A stretch of 62,981 bases of DNA, counting the filler, from Dugesia japonica (taxonomy: Eukaryota), in the NCBI GenBank assembly GCA_001938525.1. It is 6 parts of 6 records of this genome, joined end to end, with 100 filler letters (N's around TTAATTAATTAA, not from the genome) between each part and the next. Parts side by side here need not be neighbours in the genome. Positions count along the whole stretch, not along the records: positions 1 to 11,250 come from MQRL01588000.1; positions 11,351 to 20,855 come from MQRL01503959.1; 4 more parts are not named here. One strand, given 5' to 3'. Shown here one piece after another: positions 1 to 13,342 of the stretch (position 1 is the stretch's first letter; the number at the start of each line of letters is the position of its first letter). The notes beneath the pieces are model-generated. The model searched no databases. It was not told the DNA's origin and worked only from the letters and a program-made list of their open reading frames with translations. A program made the translations under genes and the position numbers.

Positions 1-95
1 TATTTATTTATATTTATATACACAATAAATATAGAATATATATACAATATATACACAAAATAATTCCAATCTTCCACTTTTTAAATTATTACCAT

Positions 96-315
96 TTAAT
101 ATTCATTAAAATAAAAGCTTCGATCAAAATTTGTCTTTGATGATAATTTTAATTTATCGACTTTGTCTTCGTCAGGAATTGACTTTTCTCGAAAATTAGA
201 ATTATTATCAAAAACAAAAAATGAAATTTCGATCGAAACTTTTATTTTAATGAATTCTGAAAAACGATCAATAGCTTTGTCCAACAATTATTCTCGCAAC
301 AATTATTGCAATTTT
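96..315 (-). repeat. Fold-back repeat (Penelope pLTR-like) with degenerate minimal hammerhead ribozyme on the minus strand (~146-180)
   Basis: Inverted arms ~102-160 / ~188-257 followed by the family tail GTCCAACAATTATTCTCGCA; minus strand reads AATTC-CTGACGA-A-GAC-AAA-GTC-GATA (GAAA mutated); opposite arm keeps GAAA-AT-TA-GAATT. Confidence 0.7.
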
Positions 316-1499
316 AAAATCCATTTAACATATTTAAACAAAACTTATTATTCTTAAATCTTAACTTGAAAAAGTCTAATAAACTAATAATCTACAAATT
401 TTTCCTTATACCAATATTATAACAATAAAATTTAATTATACAAATAAAAATTCAATCACAACATTACTCGTTCATAATACTCTTCAGAATTAATTGCTTA
501 ATTAGAACAAAATTTTGAAAATAAACAATAGATTTCAATTGATAAAAAATGTTACGAAAAATAATTTTTCTTCAAAAAAGCGCCATGGTAACAATGGAAA
601 TGTTTTGTAATTTAATTGTAACGGGTAGATAATAATAAAATGGAATTTCTTTCTAGGAATTTTTTTTAATATTAAAAGATCAGATATTAAGAGGATTCGC
701 ATTTATTATATCATATTCTAAGATAAAACAATTCGCCGACATATTTTTAAAATATGTTTTAAAATATTTTTTAAAATGTTTTCATATTGAACATAAACAT
801 TGCAGGAAAATTTGTAATTTTTCCTTATATTTAAAATTTTACATATTTTATCAGCACATTGACAATGTATTTTTCAAATTTACACAAACCGAATAGAATT
901 TTAACACTAATTATTTTCAATTAAATTTTTTTCTACTAATAATATTTAATTAAAATATAAAGTAAATAGAATTAAATTTATTAAAAATACTAACCACTTT
1001 ATATGATTTTTATTTTCTGATTATTTACCAAACAAACTTTTTATTTGAAAATCTGTTAAAACAAATAAATATAAAATATTTCAAGAGCTAATAATTTATA
1101 GATATTTAATAAATAAAAATATTTTCAAATAATTATTAAAATTTTTTATTTTAATTTAATCTAAATAATTTCAAATTATTTAAAAAAATTTTTAAAAAAC
1201 ATATTTTCGTTTATATGAGACTAAAAATAACTATTTAAATTTTTTAGAAAGATATCTGACAATTGTCGACATCAAAGTAACTAATTCTCGACAGTATTAA
1301 AACAGAATAAAACAAGAAATAAGTAAAATATGTGTCATATATATATAAGGAAAAATTCAATTTTTAAAAATTTTTATTCGTAAGACATGATTCGGAAAAA
1401 ACTATGTCAATCATCAGTTACTGCGGTAAAATAAGACGGAAATTATTTATATACTTGCAATAAAACCTGTTATGTATTCAATCCAATAAAATACTATTA

Positions 1500-2940
1500 A
1501 AATAAATTTAAACGTGTATGTGTGCCAATCCGAGTAATAAAAATTAAATTATGCAACCCAATTCTTAAAGCCTCGTAAGCAATTCTTTCAAAATAGTTAC
1601 CAAAGCCACTGTTATTTTGCCTTTTCTATTTTTTCAACAACAGGCATAATCTCAAAGCGAACTTTTTCTACTCAATTACATATACTCACTAATCCGTGTG
1701 TGAAGATGACATTTTGTTTCTAAAATGTACGTGGCATCAGACCCGTTACAATTAAATGATAAACAAGATTAGCAAGCAAAGCTTTTGGTGTGGTAAATTT
1801 GTTGTTTAAGTAACTGGAAGTATTTTTTGAAATGAAAATTAGTCTAAATTTATTATAATCAAAATTTCTTTGTGAGTAAGCATTTTAATGCTTTAACTGT
1901 TTTCGAGAATCGTAGTTTTATAGTTATTTTTCTGGATTATTTTTAATATTTTCTTCTTGGTTGTTATTTTTCGTTAAGCACAATTTGTTTAGAATACTGC
2001 GCATATTATAATAAATCGTTTTTTGGTTAGCTCGAAGACTACTATCTAATCTACTAATACCATCTTCATCAATCTCAAAACTTGATGATATACACTACAC
2101 TCTATGAACTAAACCTTTTATTAATCCATTTGTATATCGATCATCCAAAATCTTTTAGGAGTGGTTTACAATCCTGTCGGTTGGTGTTTTATATATTTCA
2201 GTATTATAGTTACGATTGTGTCTGCAAACGAGAACATCTAAGAATGGGAGTTTACCCTCTTTTTAAATTTCTATAGTAAATTTTTATTTTGATGAAGACT
2301 GTACATATAATACAGAAAAGTTAGTGTATCAGGTTTATCTTTAAAAATAAGAATGATATTATCTACTTATCTTTTGTATTCTATTGGTTGATTACCAGAA
2401 AACTTAGTAAATAGTAACTCATTTTTGAAGAACATAATGATTCTAATGTTGGTGCCAACAGAGAACCCACTTCAACACCATTTTTCTGAGAGAGTCAATC
2501 ATTATTGAATAAAGGATTAACATCTTTACAACAAAATATCAATAGTTCCTTCATAGCTCTTTCATCAAATTTATATTTTACATTCGTGTAATGATTTACC
2601 CAGAGATCAACGCATGTATCAATAGTCTCATTTATAGGAACTTTTGTGAATAGACTAACTATATCAAAAGAAATCATGATTTCCATATTGAAATCAGTTG
2701 TTTTTTTTAAAGTAATTTACGAATTCAAAAGTATTTTTACATTCTCTATAATTGCATATTTATGTTTGAAGCATTTTCTCATAGATTTTAGCAACTTCCT
2801 AAACCTGCAAGAATAGTAATTAATAATGCACCAGTTGTAATTCCTAGAGAACTCAAACCTAACGAAATTCCCAATAGTTGATCCCATAACAATATCTAGA
2901 TATCTTACAGAAGAATAAAATTTTGCCAACGCTTATATAA
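1500..2940 (-). mobile_element. Decayed Penelope-like retroelement (RT + GIY-YIG endonuclease)
   Basis: Minus-strand peptides SFDIVSLFTKVPINETI, NGVEVGSLLAPTL, KFTIE..EGKLPFLDVLV and NLVY..NCNGSDATYI.ETKCHLHTRISE (GIY-YIG); many stops and frameshifts. Confidence 0.85.
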
Positions 2941-3789
2941 TTTTTAATAATGTCCTATCTTTTCATATAATCATTGTAAATCATTCTCAAAATCCTTTAA
3001 TCTCATTCTATCTAATCTGTATTCTAGATTCCGAAAGTAAGGATACTCATTATCATTAGTTGTATAAATTTCATCATGTATATTAGGATCATCATGTACG
3101 AAGTTTCCCTCATGCCCAAATTTTGGATGAATTCCTTTATTCATTTCTTTGAATAATATTTAGATGGCTAAATTAAAAGAAAATGGAGTTGGAAAACGAA
3201 TTAATGAAGAAACCTTTACCAGATATGTATGGTGTAATGCGAATAGTAAATGGGGACAAAATACTAAAAAATTTCTTATATTTCTATTTTTTACATTATA
3301 ATGGAAGTAATGGTTAAATTAAAAAAATTATATTAAATATGAATTGTAATACAATGTCTAAACTTTATCTTGACATTAATAATTTAGAATTTTTTCATGC
3401 ACATGTAAAATTTTAATATTGTTTAATTGAATCAACTATAAAAAATTATTTAAAAAACTGCATTTTTCAAATTTAGTAACATTGAAAATAGAAGATAATA
3501 AAGAACATTTTAGACACATCATGCTGTATTGTTTCCAAAGGGACAAAAATATATCGCAGACTTATAAAAACAGATATATGCTTTTTGCACGTTGAGAATG
3601 CTGTTGATAATTTTTTTTTAAAGAATTTTAATCTTACTGATGCACCGCTTTCCAAACAAGATATTCATACCATTAACAACCAGTTATAGACCCAGAAATA
3701 CTTTGTATTAACTATCCAACAGTGTCCAAACGTTTAGATCAACTTAAAGTAACTACCAGAGCAGATATATAGATACCAGATCAATTGAT

Positions 3790-4230
3790 GGAGAAAGTGT
3801 TACAAGATGGAGTTTTTTCATGCGATTCTCTATTAAAGAGTAACAAAATCGATCCATTTTTAAAGCAAATAAAAAGGGGAGTAAAAAGAGGATCAAATAT
3901 AATAAATCTAAGACTAACAAATTATGGTGTTATCCAAGAGATTTTTCAGTAACCGTAAAAAAATGTCAATCTACATCCAACGCAGACAATGCCATGAAGT
4001 TGATTGGATTTCAAAGAAATAATTTATTCTGAGCTTTTGCCTCAAAAAGATTATTAATTCAATGAAATAATGTTGTCAAATAAATAATTTAAAGAAAGCA
4101 ATCAAGCAGAAGCGGCCTGAACTAACAAACAGAAAGAGTATTGAGTTTCATCAATTCAATGATAGACCCAATTCGTCTTTGGCCACTGAAACTTCAACAA
4201 CTAGACTTGGGTATTCTTATCCATCTACCG
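3790..4230 (+). mobile_element. Decayed mariner transposase fragment
   Basis: CDSLLKSNKIDPFLKQI, DFKEIIYSELLP and LKKAIKQKRPELTNRKSIEFHQFNDRP follow the mariner catalytic-domain consensus. Confidence 0.8.
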
Positions 4231-4649
4231 TGTTAAAAGACGAAAACATGATCAGACAACTTCTTGAAGTAATTTATATGCCAAAAAAAGGTTTATCAGA
4301 AAATCAAAGTGAACAGGAAAAATGAGAGCATGTAAAATGCACTGATGTCTAAAAAATTTAGTTTCTTGATTAAGTCTTGAGCAAATGAACGAATAAGAGT
4401 AAATGAGGTGCCTTTCAGTAAACCTCATTTGCAGGCCACATATAACGGTAAGTATGTATTTTTTATCTTTACTTTTGTGTAAATATAGTTATGTACAAAT
4501 AAAAATCAATTAAAAATATTTTTTTTCTATGCACATTCTTTGTCGCTCATAAACCAGTTAGTTATAAACTATTAGTGTACATAAAATAGTTCACAAAATA
4601 CCTACTTAGATAATAAGGATAGTAAAGTCACAGAAGAGAAATCATTATT

Positions 4650-5085
4650 TTACAATTATTGCGAGAATAATTATTGGACATAAACATTGATCTTTTTTAC
4701 AGAATTCATTAAAATAAAAGCGTCGATTAAAATCATCAGATAAATAGGTTAGAACATATATATTAGTAGATAGTTTATATTTTATATTTTCTGTTTAATT
4801 AATAACCTGTTTGTTTATCTGATTCAATTCTTAAATTGAATAAATTTTATTAATCAAAATTAAAATAAACCAATTAAATTTCAATAAAATCTAAAGAATT
4901 GTGTAAAGAAGATCTATTGTATTGGATCTATAAAAAAGTCATTATGTTCCCGAAGAAGACTTTTGTCGAAAATTTGAATTTATAAACAAATAAATTTTTT
5001 GATCGAAGCCTTTTCTTTATTTTAAAGAAATCTCAAACGCGATCAATGGTCAAGTCCAACAATTATTGTAATTATAATAATTAAA
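4650..5085. repeat. Two opposed fragments of the hammerhead/pLTR repeat family; hammerhead-like core at 4946-4979 (+)
   Basis: 4652-4730 ATTATTGCGAGAATAATTATTGGACATAAACATTGATC; 4946-4979 GTTC-CCGAAGA-A-GAC-TTTT-GTC-GAAA-AT-TT-GAAT followed by the family tail. Confidence 0.7.
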
Positions 5086-5149
5086 TTATTTAAATAAGTA
5101 TTCATTTTTTTAATTTAATAATGTAAATTAAAATAGTTTAGATAGAGCA

Positions 5150-5659
5150 GTTAGATGAAATTATATCACTAACAAAGTTAAATGTTTTTAAAAAAGGACG
5201 GATTGTGGAATATGCAGATTGAAAATTATCTGGCAGACTAATCGCAAAGAAAAGTGGGAGAGCTCAATAGACAGTCACTAAATTTTTTCAAGATTACTAA
5301 TCGACTTTGAAATATGAACGGAAAAATGGTAATGGAAGATAAAACAAACAACCAATACTGATGATCGAAATATTATGTCTGTGGCAATAAATGCTCGTAT
5401 CATTTCAGCGAAACAAGTAAAAAGGTATCTAAATATGGAAATTTATCCACAAACTATGCGCAACAAATTACACGAAGCTGAATATTATTTACATAAAAAT
5501 TATTTGAACAGAAATCCACAAAATGAAAATGAAATATTTCAAATTTTATAAGTTATGTGGAAAAACTTACTAACAACTTTTCTCACTAACTTTGTTGAAA
5601 GCATGGCACGCAGATATCAAGCTGCTAATAACAATGACAAAATGCCAACGAAATATTAA
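5150..5659 (+). mobile_element. Internally deleted Tc1-like transposon remnant
   Basis: N-terminal HTH-like KKGRIVEYAD*KLSGRLIAKKSGR and Tc1 C-terminus NFVESMARRYQAA...MPTKY*. Confidence 0.7.
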
Positions 5660-5754
5660 AATTAAGTGTCTCTGAGAAATAATTAGTTATGGACATATCA
5701 CAATTCAAACCGCAAATAATTTTACCAACATTATTCTAGTTCAGAGAATTCAAA

Positions 5755-6280
5755 AGGATTCACGATATATGTCGCGCTGGAGTAAAACCAACAACAAAAC
5801 TGGTGGTTGAGAGGTATGCTTAGTCAAGAAGTTGATCAGATATTTGTGATTGATGCAAATTATGTGATAATTGCTAACGTTGAAAAATTTCAAAACATAC
5901 TAAATCTCAACTAGTGACATTTCCTGACGCTGGGAGATTTAAATATTTAATTGTTGACTTAGTAGAACCACTACCAGCAATAAACAACAAACAGTATCTA
6001 TTAACAATGATCGACAAAAAAACCTCATGGATCGAAGCAATGATATGTCAGGACATTACATCCAACTACGGGATTAACCTCTTATTTAGCAAGTGGATCA
6101 GTCACTTTGAATCTCCAGATGTCACTGATCAAGGACAGAAATTCAAATTTCAAGGCTAGCGAAAAATTTTGTAAAGATATTAGCGTCGAACACCGAAGAA
6201 CAACGGCATATAACTCGCAATCAAATGATAAGATTGAAAGATAACACAGAATCCTAAAGAGTGCACTTCAGACCGCGTCA
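5755..6280 (+). mobile_element. Gypsy LTR-retrotransposon integrase remnant
   Basis: RFKYLIVDLVEPLP..KQYLLTMIDKKTSWIEA, VTDQGQKF, HRRTTAYNSQSNDKIER. Confidence 0.85.
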
Positions 6281-7254
6281 ATATGTTAGGAAACATCAAA
6301 CCTACATATGCAACAAGCACACAAACATCAACTACAAATTTACATAACAAAATAAATACACAAAACCATAATACAGAACCAGAAACTCGAGATCAGATAC
6401 ATCCAAAGCAATGCAGATATTCGCTCAATCCAATCAACCAACTCATTAGGAACTTAATCAATCGACATATTATTTAATCGAATTTAATAATTTTTTTTTT
6501 CACTGATACTGTATAATTATTATTGCCTTTGTGTTTTGTTTTATAACAATTTTAATACTATCCAATTTATGCCTGGAATTATTATTTAATTTATTTGGTG
6601 AAACAATTGACAGTATTTTAATAAATTTTTTGACATTTGTTTTCTATTGAAAAAAAAACCGAGGTGTTTGTTTTTGTTAAGTTTATTGACATTTGATTTT
6701 ATTGGGAAAAATAATCGAAATTATTGTTTTTATTTTCACGAAAAAAATAATTGATTTTTATATTTTTTGTAAGTATTTTATTATTTATTTAGAAAAATCT
6801 GTTTACTGGCCTAAAAAACAATAAATACTAGCACCAAATATTATTTTTAATACTTTTTTGAATTCACAAAAAGAGTTGAGGGTTACTGAACCAACACTCG
6901 GTGAAAAAATAATAACTCAGAAACGGTTTATAATTGTAAAAACTTTTGTTGTTTAAATGTATATATATTTCAAAAAGTCAATATTTCTATTTCTCATAAG
7001 GTCGACTATATAGTCTATATATAATAATATTCATTATCTATAACAAAAATATCTAAGATCATATAAGAAAACCATATAAGTGTAATATACGATATTTAGA
7101 TTATCTTGTCTTTCTTTAAATAATCTCACAAATTCATTTCAACAAATAAATGCAAAAAATAAGTGGATCCAAAGACCACCGAAGACATTTTTATTTTTAG
7201 GAAACTGTAAGTGCTGTGACACCAAAGCGTCACCATCACAACTTTGAATAAGCC

Positions 7255-8225
7255 TCTTACTTACGAAAGATATGTTGACTATGTTTTCCTTATTTTTGGT
7301 AATCGTGAGAATCTTTTACCTTTCTAGAGTTTTATGAATTCGTTACATCCTAATATTAGATTTACTGTAGAGGAGGAAAGAAATGATATTTTGCCTTTTT
7401 TAGATATTTTAATAGAAAGAAAATCAACACATTATGAGATTGAAATCTACAGAAAGAAAAGTGATACTGGCTTGTATGTTACCCCAAATAGCTTTTGTGA
7501 TCCTGCTTATAAAAGGAACATGATAAAGGGCTTAGTATTTCGTTCTTGATCGTTGTCCTCAACTTATTCAAAATCCATTAAAAGCATCAAACAATTATTA
7601 AAGTTACTACAAGCAAATGGATATAATAAACAATTTCTAAATTCATTAAATTTGCAGACAATTGACAAAATATTGGTTAGTAATAATATTGATTTCGATA
7701 AAAAGACTGAAACTGTATTGAATAATCCTGAACTTGGTAACATTTTATCAAATTGTATTGGGCCATTTGTTTTATCGATTCCTTATTCTGAAGGTTTTAA
7801 AAAGTTTAAGAATTCAATTATGAAAGCTGCTAAGGATCTCCATTTATTGTCTCTACTTCACATAAGATTATTAATAGCTTTGTTAATAAATCCCACACAC
7901 CAAGTGGTTTGTGTTCTAACATTGTTTATCAATTTAAATGTAATGGGTGTGATGCCACATACATTGGAGATACTCTCCGTCATCTCTGTACAAGGGTTTA
8001 AGAGCATAATCGTTTTAGTGGTGGTGGTAATATTGCTCAACATAAAAATAAAAATAAAAGTAATTGCAATGCGAATGTTAAAATTTCAAATTTTAAAATT
8101 TTGTCTAAGCAATTTAAGAATTACTGAGAGAAAGTGTTGTATGAGGCGTTAATGATTAGATTTCATAATCCAAGCATTAATGTACAGGCAGCTCATTCGA
8201 CAAAATTAATTAAAAAATTTTGAAA
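7255..8225 (+). mobile_element. Penelope-like retroelement 3' portion (RT C-terminus + GIY-YIG), pseudogenised
   Basis: RYVDYVFLIF, MNSLHPNIRFTVEEE..ILPFLDILI..EIYRKKSDTGLY and NIVYQFKCNGCDATYIGDTLRHLCTRV*EH. Confidence 0.9.
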
Positions 8226-8414
8226 AACGTTTTGGATATAAAGTAATTTTTCAATTTTTATTGAAATCTTAATCTTTTTTCAAAACTTTTTTAGGTTTTG
8301 TATTTTTTTTAAAGTGAGTTGTAAAAATTTTATTACTTCATAGGTTTTCTATTTTATTTTTTGAACGAAATTTCTATTTTCATAGGTTTTAAAAAACATT
8401 TTAATATAATCTGA

Positions 8415-8897
8415 AATTGCAAAGCTTTGTTTTAATTAGACAGCCGGATTCCTCTAGTCCATGCCAGTTCTAGATTGATCGTTTAGTGCCGAGAGACCAT
8501 TACAAATCCCGAAAGATTCGATCGAATCAATAAAGTGCTTTGTTCAATCAAGTTCAAGTTGCCTTAAACTCAATAAATTACAGCTCAATTCCATTTCAAT
8601 CGACTTCTTAATAAAGCTCACCATGCTTGATCTATGGATCCAATACTTTTACCGAATGTACGGATCTAATTTGCCAATTTCCCTTACCTAGATTGTTCTA
8701 AGACTATAAGCTGCTCAACTTGGACACCTGCTGCGGATATCGGTACGGATTAATATGAAATTTATAACTGCTCCCTCAGATTTACAAAGAAAAGAGAACT
8801 CTTCCCAAAACACATGATGACGTCTCTGAGATTGCTTGTGTTGCAACCTTGTGTTTGCCAAAACAACCAAATTTCCATATTCAAGTTCAGTAATATA
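8415..8897 (-). pseudogene. 28S rRNA fragment (diverged, internally deleted)
   Basis: Plus strand matches antisense LSU landmarks TTAATTAGACAG.CGGATTCC, TACGGATCTAATTTGCC.ATTTCCCTTACCTA, ACCTGCTGCGGATAT.GGTACG and AGAAAAGAGAACTCTTCCC; no flanking rDNA. Confidence 0.85.
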
Positions 8898-9239
8898 CAA
8901 ATTTATTTATTTCTTGTAAAATATCTAAAAGATTGTTTAGTAACCACAAGAAAATTGATTGTAATAACTGAAAAAATAAATTTCGAAATTTGCTTTTTGT
9001 TCCATATTTTGTTATTTATTCTTTACTTGTCATTCTTTTATTTGTCTGATCATTGGAATGATTTTTATATTTATTTATTCATTCTATACTTTTAACTAAA
9101 TTTTGTATATAAGTGCTATTCTATTAATTTAGAAAAGCTATGATTGTTTTTTTTATTAAATATAATTTTAGTTTATGACATATTTACATTAATATTAGAT
9201 ATTCCTAAATATTTGCAAAATGTTTTTAAAGTTATTAAT

Positions 9240-9646
9240 TGTGAGCGGTTTTGAAAAGTAAGTTGAAATTTTCGTGTGATTGATGATATTATTTTTTAAA
9301 TATTTTGTTTAAAAGAGAGATTTAAATTATTGATGAAAAATTTAAATAAAGAAATATTTGGTTTAAGGATAAATTAAAATTATTGAATAATGAAGTTTAA
9401 CTTTTAAATAAATAAAATTTTAAAAGTGAGCAGAAGTTTTAAATGAAAAATAAATAAAAAGTTTTTAAGTAAATTAAATTAAATTAATTTTAATAATTCA
9501 AATTTTAAAAATGAGTGAAAATTTTGAGGTAAATTTTAAATGAAAATTAAGTAAATAAATAAAATGTTTTTTAGTGAATTAAATTAAATTAATTTTAATA
9601 AATAAAAAGTTTCAATTTTTAATTTTAGAAAAAAGATCACCAATTA
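9240..9646 (+). repeat. AT-rich dispersed repeat, homologous to 36410-36795
   Basis: Shared GTGAG..TTTTGAAAA..AGTTGAAATTTT.GTGTGATTG, TTTTGTTTAAAAGA.AGATTTAAATT and GATCACCAAT. Confidence 0.65.
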
Positions 9647-9929
9647 NNNNNNNNNNNNNNNNNNNNNNNNNNNNNNNNNNNNNNNNNNNNNNNNNNNNNN
9701 NNNNNNNNNNNNNNNNNNNNNNNNNNNNNNNNNTTCGATGAGTTTTCAAAACCCAACTAACATTCATATTTATAATTGATTTATAATTATTATTATTTTC
9801 AGCAATACTAATTCAATTACATACTCGATAATTTCTTTACATTTCTCAGCTATTTAAGTCTATGAATAATTCTTACAAATGTAAACAAATCGCCGTAAAT
9901 CCTTTCTGAATATGTAGCATAACAACACT

Positions 9930-11250
9930 CAGTGGTGGCTCAAAAATTTTTTAACCATCGCGCCCTAGACAGATGTAATTTATATCCCCCNNNNNNNNNN
10001 NNNNNNNNNNNNNNNNNNNNNNNNNNNNNNNNNNNNNNNNTTTATATTAAACATACATTACATTAATTAAATTTTAAGAATTACATAAATACCATATATT
10101 TCTGTAAATAAAAAGGTTAAACAATTATTTCAACTCATTTTGATAAATCTAAAAATATTTGTTAATTTTAATTTTATGTTTTACTTAAAACTTACTATAT
10201 TTAGATTGTTGTTTTTACCTACATTATGTAAAAAACAATAAATAATTTTTTTATAACGTTTTTTTCATTTACTTACATTTTTATATTTAAAAAAGTTTAA
10301 GTTTTCTAGCCTNNNNNTTAGCAAAGTCAGCAACGCAATCTTCAGCATTAATTATTTGGGGTATTTCATCTTCAATTGACAGTGTCGCCAAGCCTACAAG
10401 CCATTTTTGAGTCATTTTTAAACGATGATAAGTTTTTATTAATTGAAGTTCTGAAAAACTTCTTTCGCAACTTGATACTGTAACAGGTAGCGTTAAAAGT
10501 ATCCTTAAATTAATAAAAATATTTGGATAAATATCGAACACTTTTTTTTCACAAATAAAATATAGGACATCTTTCTGTGACGAATTTTGTTCAACGCGTA
10601 TTGAAATATCCACTGCTTCAATGTTCTTGGAGACTTTGCAGCCTAATGTTTATTCAAGTTTAGTACACAACGCATAAAATTCCTATGCTGTTGCTTTTTG
10701 TAGGCTGTGAATGTCAAAAATAAATCCAAACACTGATTCAAGATTTTGCATCGGTTCAAACAGATTGTTAACAGAGTTAATTTCAGTATCAAGGACTACA
10801 AAATAAAAATCAACTTTAAAATAAAAGGATCGCGGATATATTTTTCTAGTCACTGCAACCATATTCAGCGACGGATGCAGACTTTTTATTCTCCTTCTCA
10901 TATAGTTTACGGCAAAAGAAAAACCACGAATCTTAAGTAAGTGAATATTGTAATTAATTTCAATTTGTTACTTCACCATTAACAAGTATTTTTCTATGAT
11001 GGTAGTTGAAAAATATTCAATTATTAAAGTCACTTGGATATGAAATATCATGAATTGTTTGCGACCAACTTTGAATAATCATGCAGCGTAATGTGCCACT
11101 GCATTTTATTGGCCATATACCAGGATCCGTGTAGTCATAATCTAATGTTAAGTTGTTTTAACATTCCTTATTATTTTCATTTAAGCATCCATAGAAGATT
11201 CCAGATTCTCTGAATTGCAGATATTGTTTTGGTGTAAGCATGTATTAGAG
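9930..11250 (-). mobile_element. hAT transposon remnant (ZMYM1/Tip100-like) with one terminus
   Basis: hAT dimerisation domain YPNIFINLRILLTLPVTVSSCERSFSELQLIKTY at 10287-10613; terminal CAGTGGTGGCTC at 9930. Confidence 0.85.
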
Positions 11251-11350
11251 NNNNNNNNNNNNNNNNNNNNNNNNNNNNNNNNNNNNNNNNNNNNTTAATT
11301 AATTAANNNNNNNNNNNNNNNNNNNNNNNNNNNNNNNNNNNNNNNNNNNN
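11251..11350. other. Artificial scaffold linker
   Basis: 44 N + TTAATTAATTAA (six-frame stops) + 44 N. Confidence 0.95.
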
Positions 11351-11990
11351 AAAAATAAGGTGCATAAATGAAATTTAATTCAAAAAAATTTTGTTTTTCT
11401 ACAGACATTCTTTGATCACGGGACGGCTTGTCGCTCATAAAATACCTAGTAAATAATCAATAAAATGATTTGAAGAGCGATGTTGAATCCGTCAGCTTAT
11501 TCTTCTCAGATCACTCTCCCCAATGATTGCAAAATCCACTGAACTAGATCTAAAAAATTCAGAAAACTAAATCGAATTTATAAATTTTCTGCGATGCTCA
11601 ACAATATTTCCACTATTTCGACTATGCTNNNNNNNNNNNNNNNNNNNNNNNNNNNNNNNNNNNNNNNNNNNNNNNNNNAAAAATAAGGTGCATAAATGAA
11701 ATTTAATTCAAAAAAATTTTGTTTTTCTACAGACATTCTTTGATCACGGGACTGCTTGTCGCTCATAAAATACCTAGTAAATAATCAATAAAATGATTTG
11801 AAGAGCGATGTCGAATCCGTCAGCTTATTCTTCTCAGATCACTCTCCACAATGATTGCAAAATCCACTGAACTAGATCTAAAAAAATCAGAAAACTAAAT
11901 CGAATTTATAAATTTTCTGCGATGCTCAATAATATTTCCACCATTTCGACTATGCTCTTGGACTGTGGCGTAGAGATAATGGAAAGTCTC
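11351..11990 (-). mobile_element. Penelope-like GIY-YIG/3' fragment, duplicated across an N gap
   Basis: Minus strand VQEHSRNGGNIIEH is homologous to 7995-8043 and 12345-12390; 11351-11628 recurs at 11679-11956. Confidence 0.6.
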
Positions 11991-12179
11991 TCCAATATTC
12001 ACTCCTTTTAAGTAGTTATAGATTTATTATTGAACATACAACTTTTATATTTAAAATATTCTTAAGAGCATTTTCAATTGAAAGTTTACATTTTTCTAAA
12101 GCCTTCGGAGTAAGGTAATGGTAAAGGTAAATGATAAAAACAATTTCAAGATTTGTTTGTACAACCTCACACATGTCAG

Positions 12180-12939
12180 AACGAGACAAATCAATATTTA
12201 GTTTATTCAAGTTCTTTCATAGACTAATTTGTCTGTAAACTATTTAGAATACATATTCTATGAAGTACTTCGATCTTTAAATTCTCCATCAATTTAAATG
12301 TAATGGCTGTAACACGACACACATTGGATAGACTTCGCTTCATCCAGAGTTTAAGAGCAAAGTCGAAATAGTAGAAATAGTAATATTATTGAAATGTATA
12401 AATTCGATATGATTTCCTGATTTTTAAGATTTTGTGCGGTGAATTTAATAATTATTAGGAGAGAGTGATGTGTGAAGATTTGTTGATGAGGGCATTATAT
12501 CCTGAAATTTATGAAATAAGTTTATTTAAGCAAATCTCAGATAAATCATTTCTTGGGCAAAATTAATAAACCATTATTATAATTTTTCATCAAAATTTTA
12601 TTCAATAAAATTNNNNNNNNNNNNNNNNNNNNNNNNNNNNNNNNNNNNNNNNNNNNNNNNNNGGTAAAGGTAAATGATAAAAACAATTTCAAGATTTGTT
12701 TGTACAACCTCACACATGTCAGAACGAGACAAATCACTATTTAGTTTATTCAAGTTCTTTCATAGAATAATTTGTCTGTAAGCTATTTAGAATACATATT
12801 TTAAATCGTCTATCAACTTAAATGTAATGGCTGTAACACCACATACATTTGATAGACTTCGCTTCATCCAGAGTTTAAGAGCAAAGTCGAAATAGTAGAA
12901 ATAGTAATATTGTTGAGAATCGAAGAAAATGTATAAATT
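12180..12939 (+). mobile_element. Penelope-like GIY-YIG fragment, duplicated across an N gap
   Basis: HQFKCNGCNTTHIG*TS at ~12287-12340 and a second copy at ~12810-12860. Confidence 0.65.
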
Positions 12940-13342
12940 NNNNNNNNNNNNNNNNNNNNNNNNNNNNNNNNNNNNNNNNNNNNNNNNNNNNNNNNNNNNN
13001 NNNNNNNNNNNNNNNNNNNNNNNNNNNNNNNNNNNNNNNNNNNNNNNNNNNNNNNNNNNNNNNNNNNNNNNNNNNNNNNNNNNNNNNNNNNNNNNNNNNN
13101 NNNNNNNNNNNNNNNNNNNNNNNNNNNNNNNNNNNNNNNNNNNNNNNNNNNNNNAATTAATTTATTTTATGAAAATCTATGAATAAATGTTTAAAATATA
13201 AAACTTAAATTAAAACAATTAGTTGTCAACTGAAGTTTTCAAATATTCAAATTAAAATTTAATTCTTAATAATTTAACAAATTTGTAAAATTCAAAATTA
13301 TTAGCAAAAGATAACAAAAATAGAAAACAATATTAAAACTAC

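Noticed and set aside
11295-11306. Recurrent TTAATTAATTAA as a biological motif
   Set aside because: Always embedded in exactly 44+44 N; a six-frame-stop assembly linker
12330-12390. GTCGAAA as a second hammerhead family
   Set aside because: No CTGANGA box; the segment is GIY-YIG coding sequence homologous to 7995-8043
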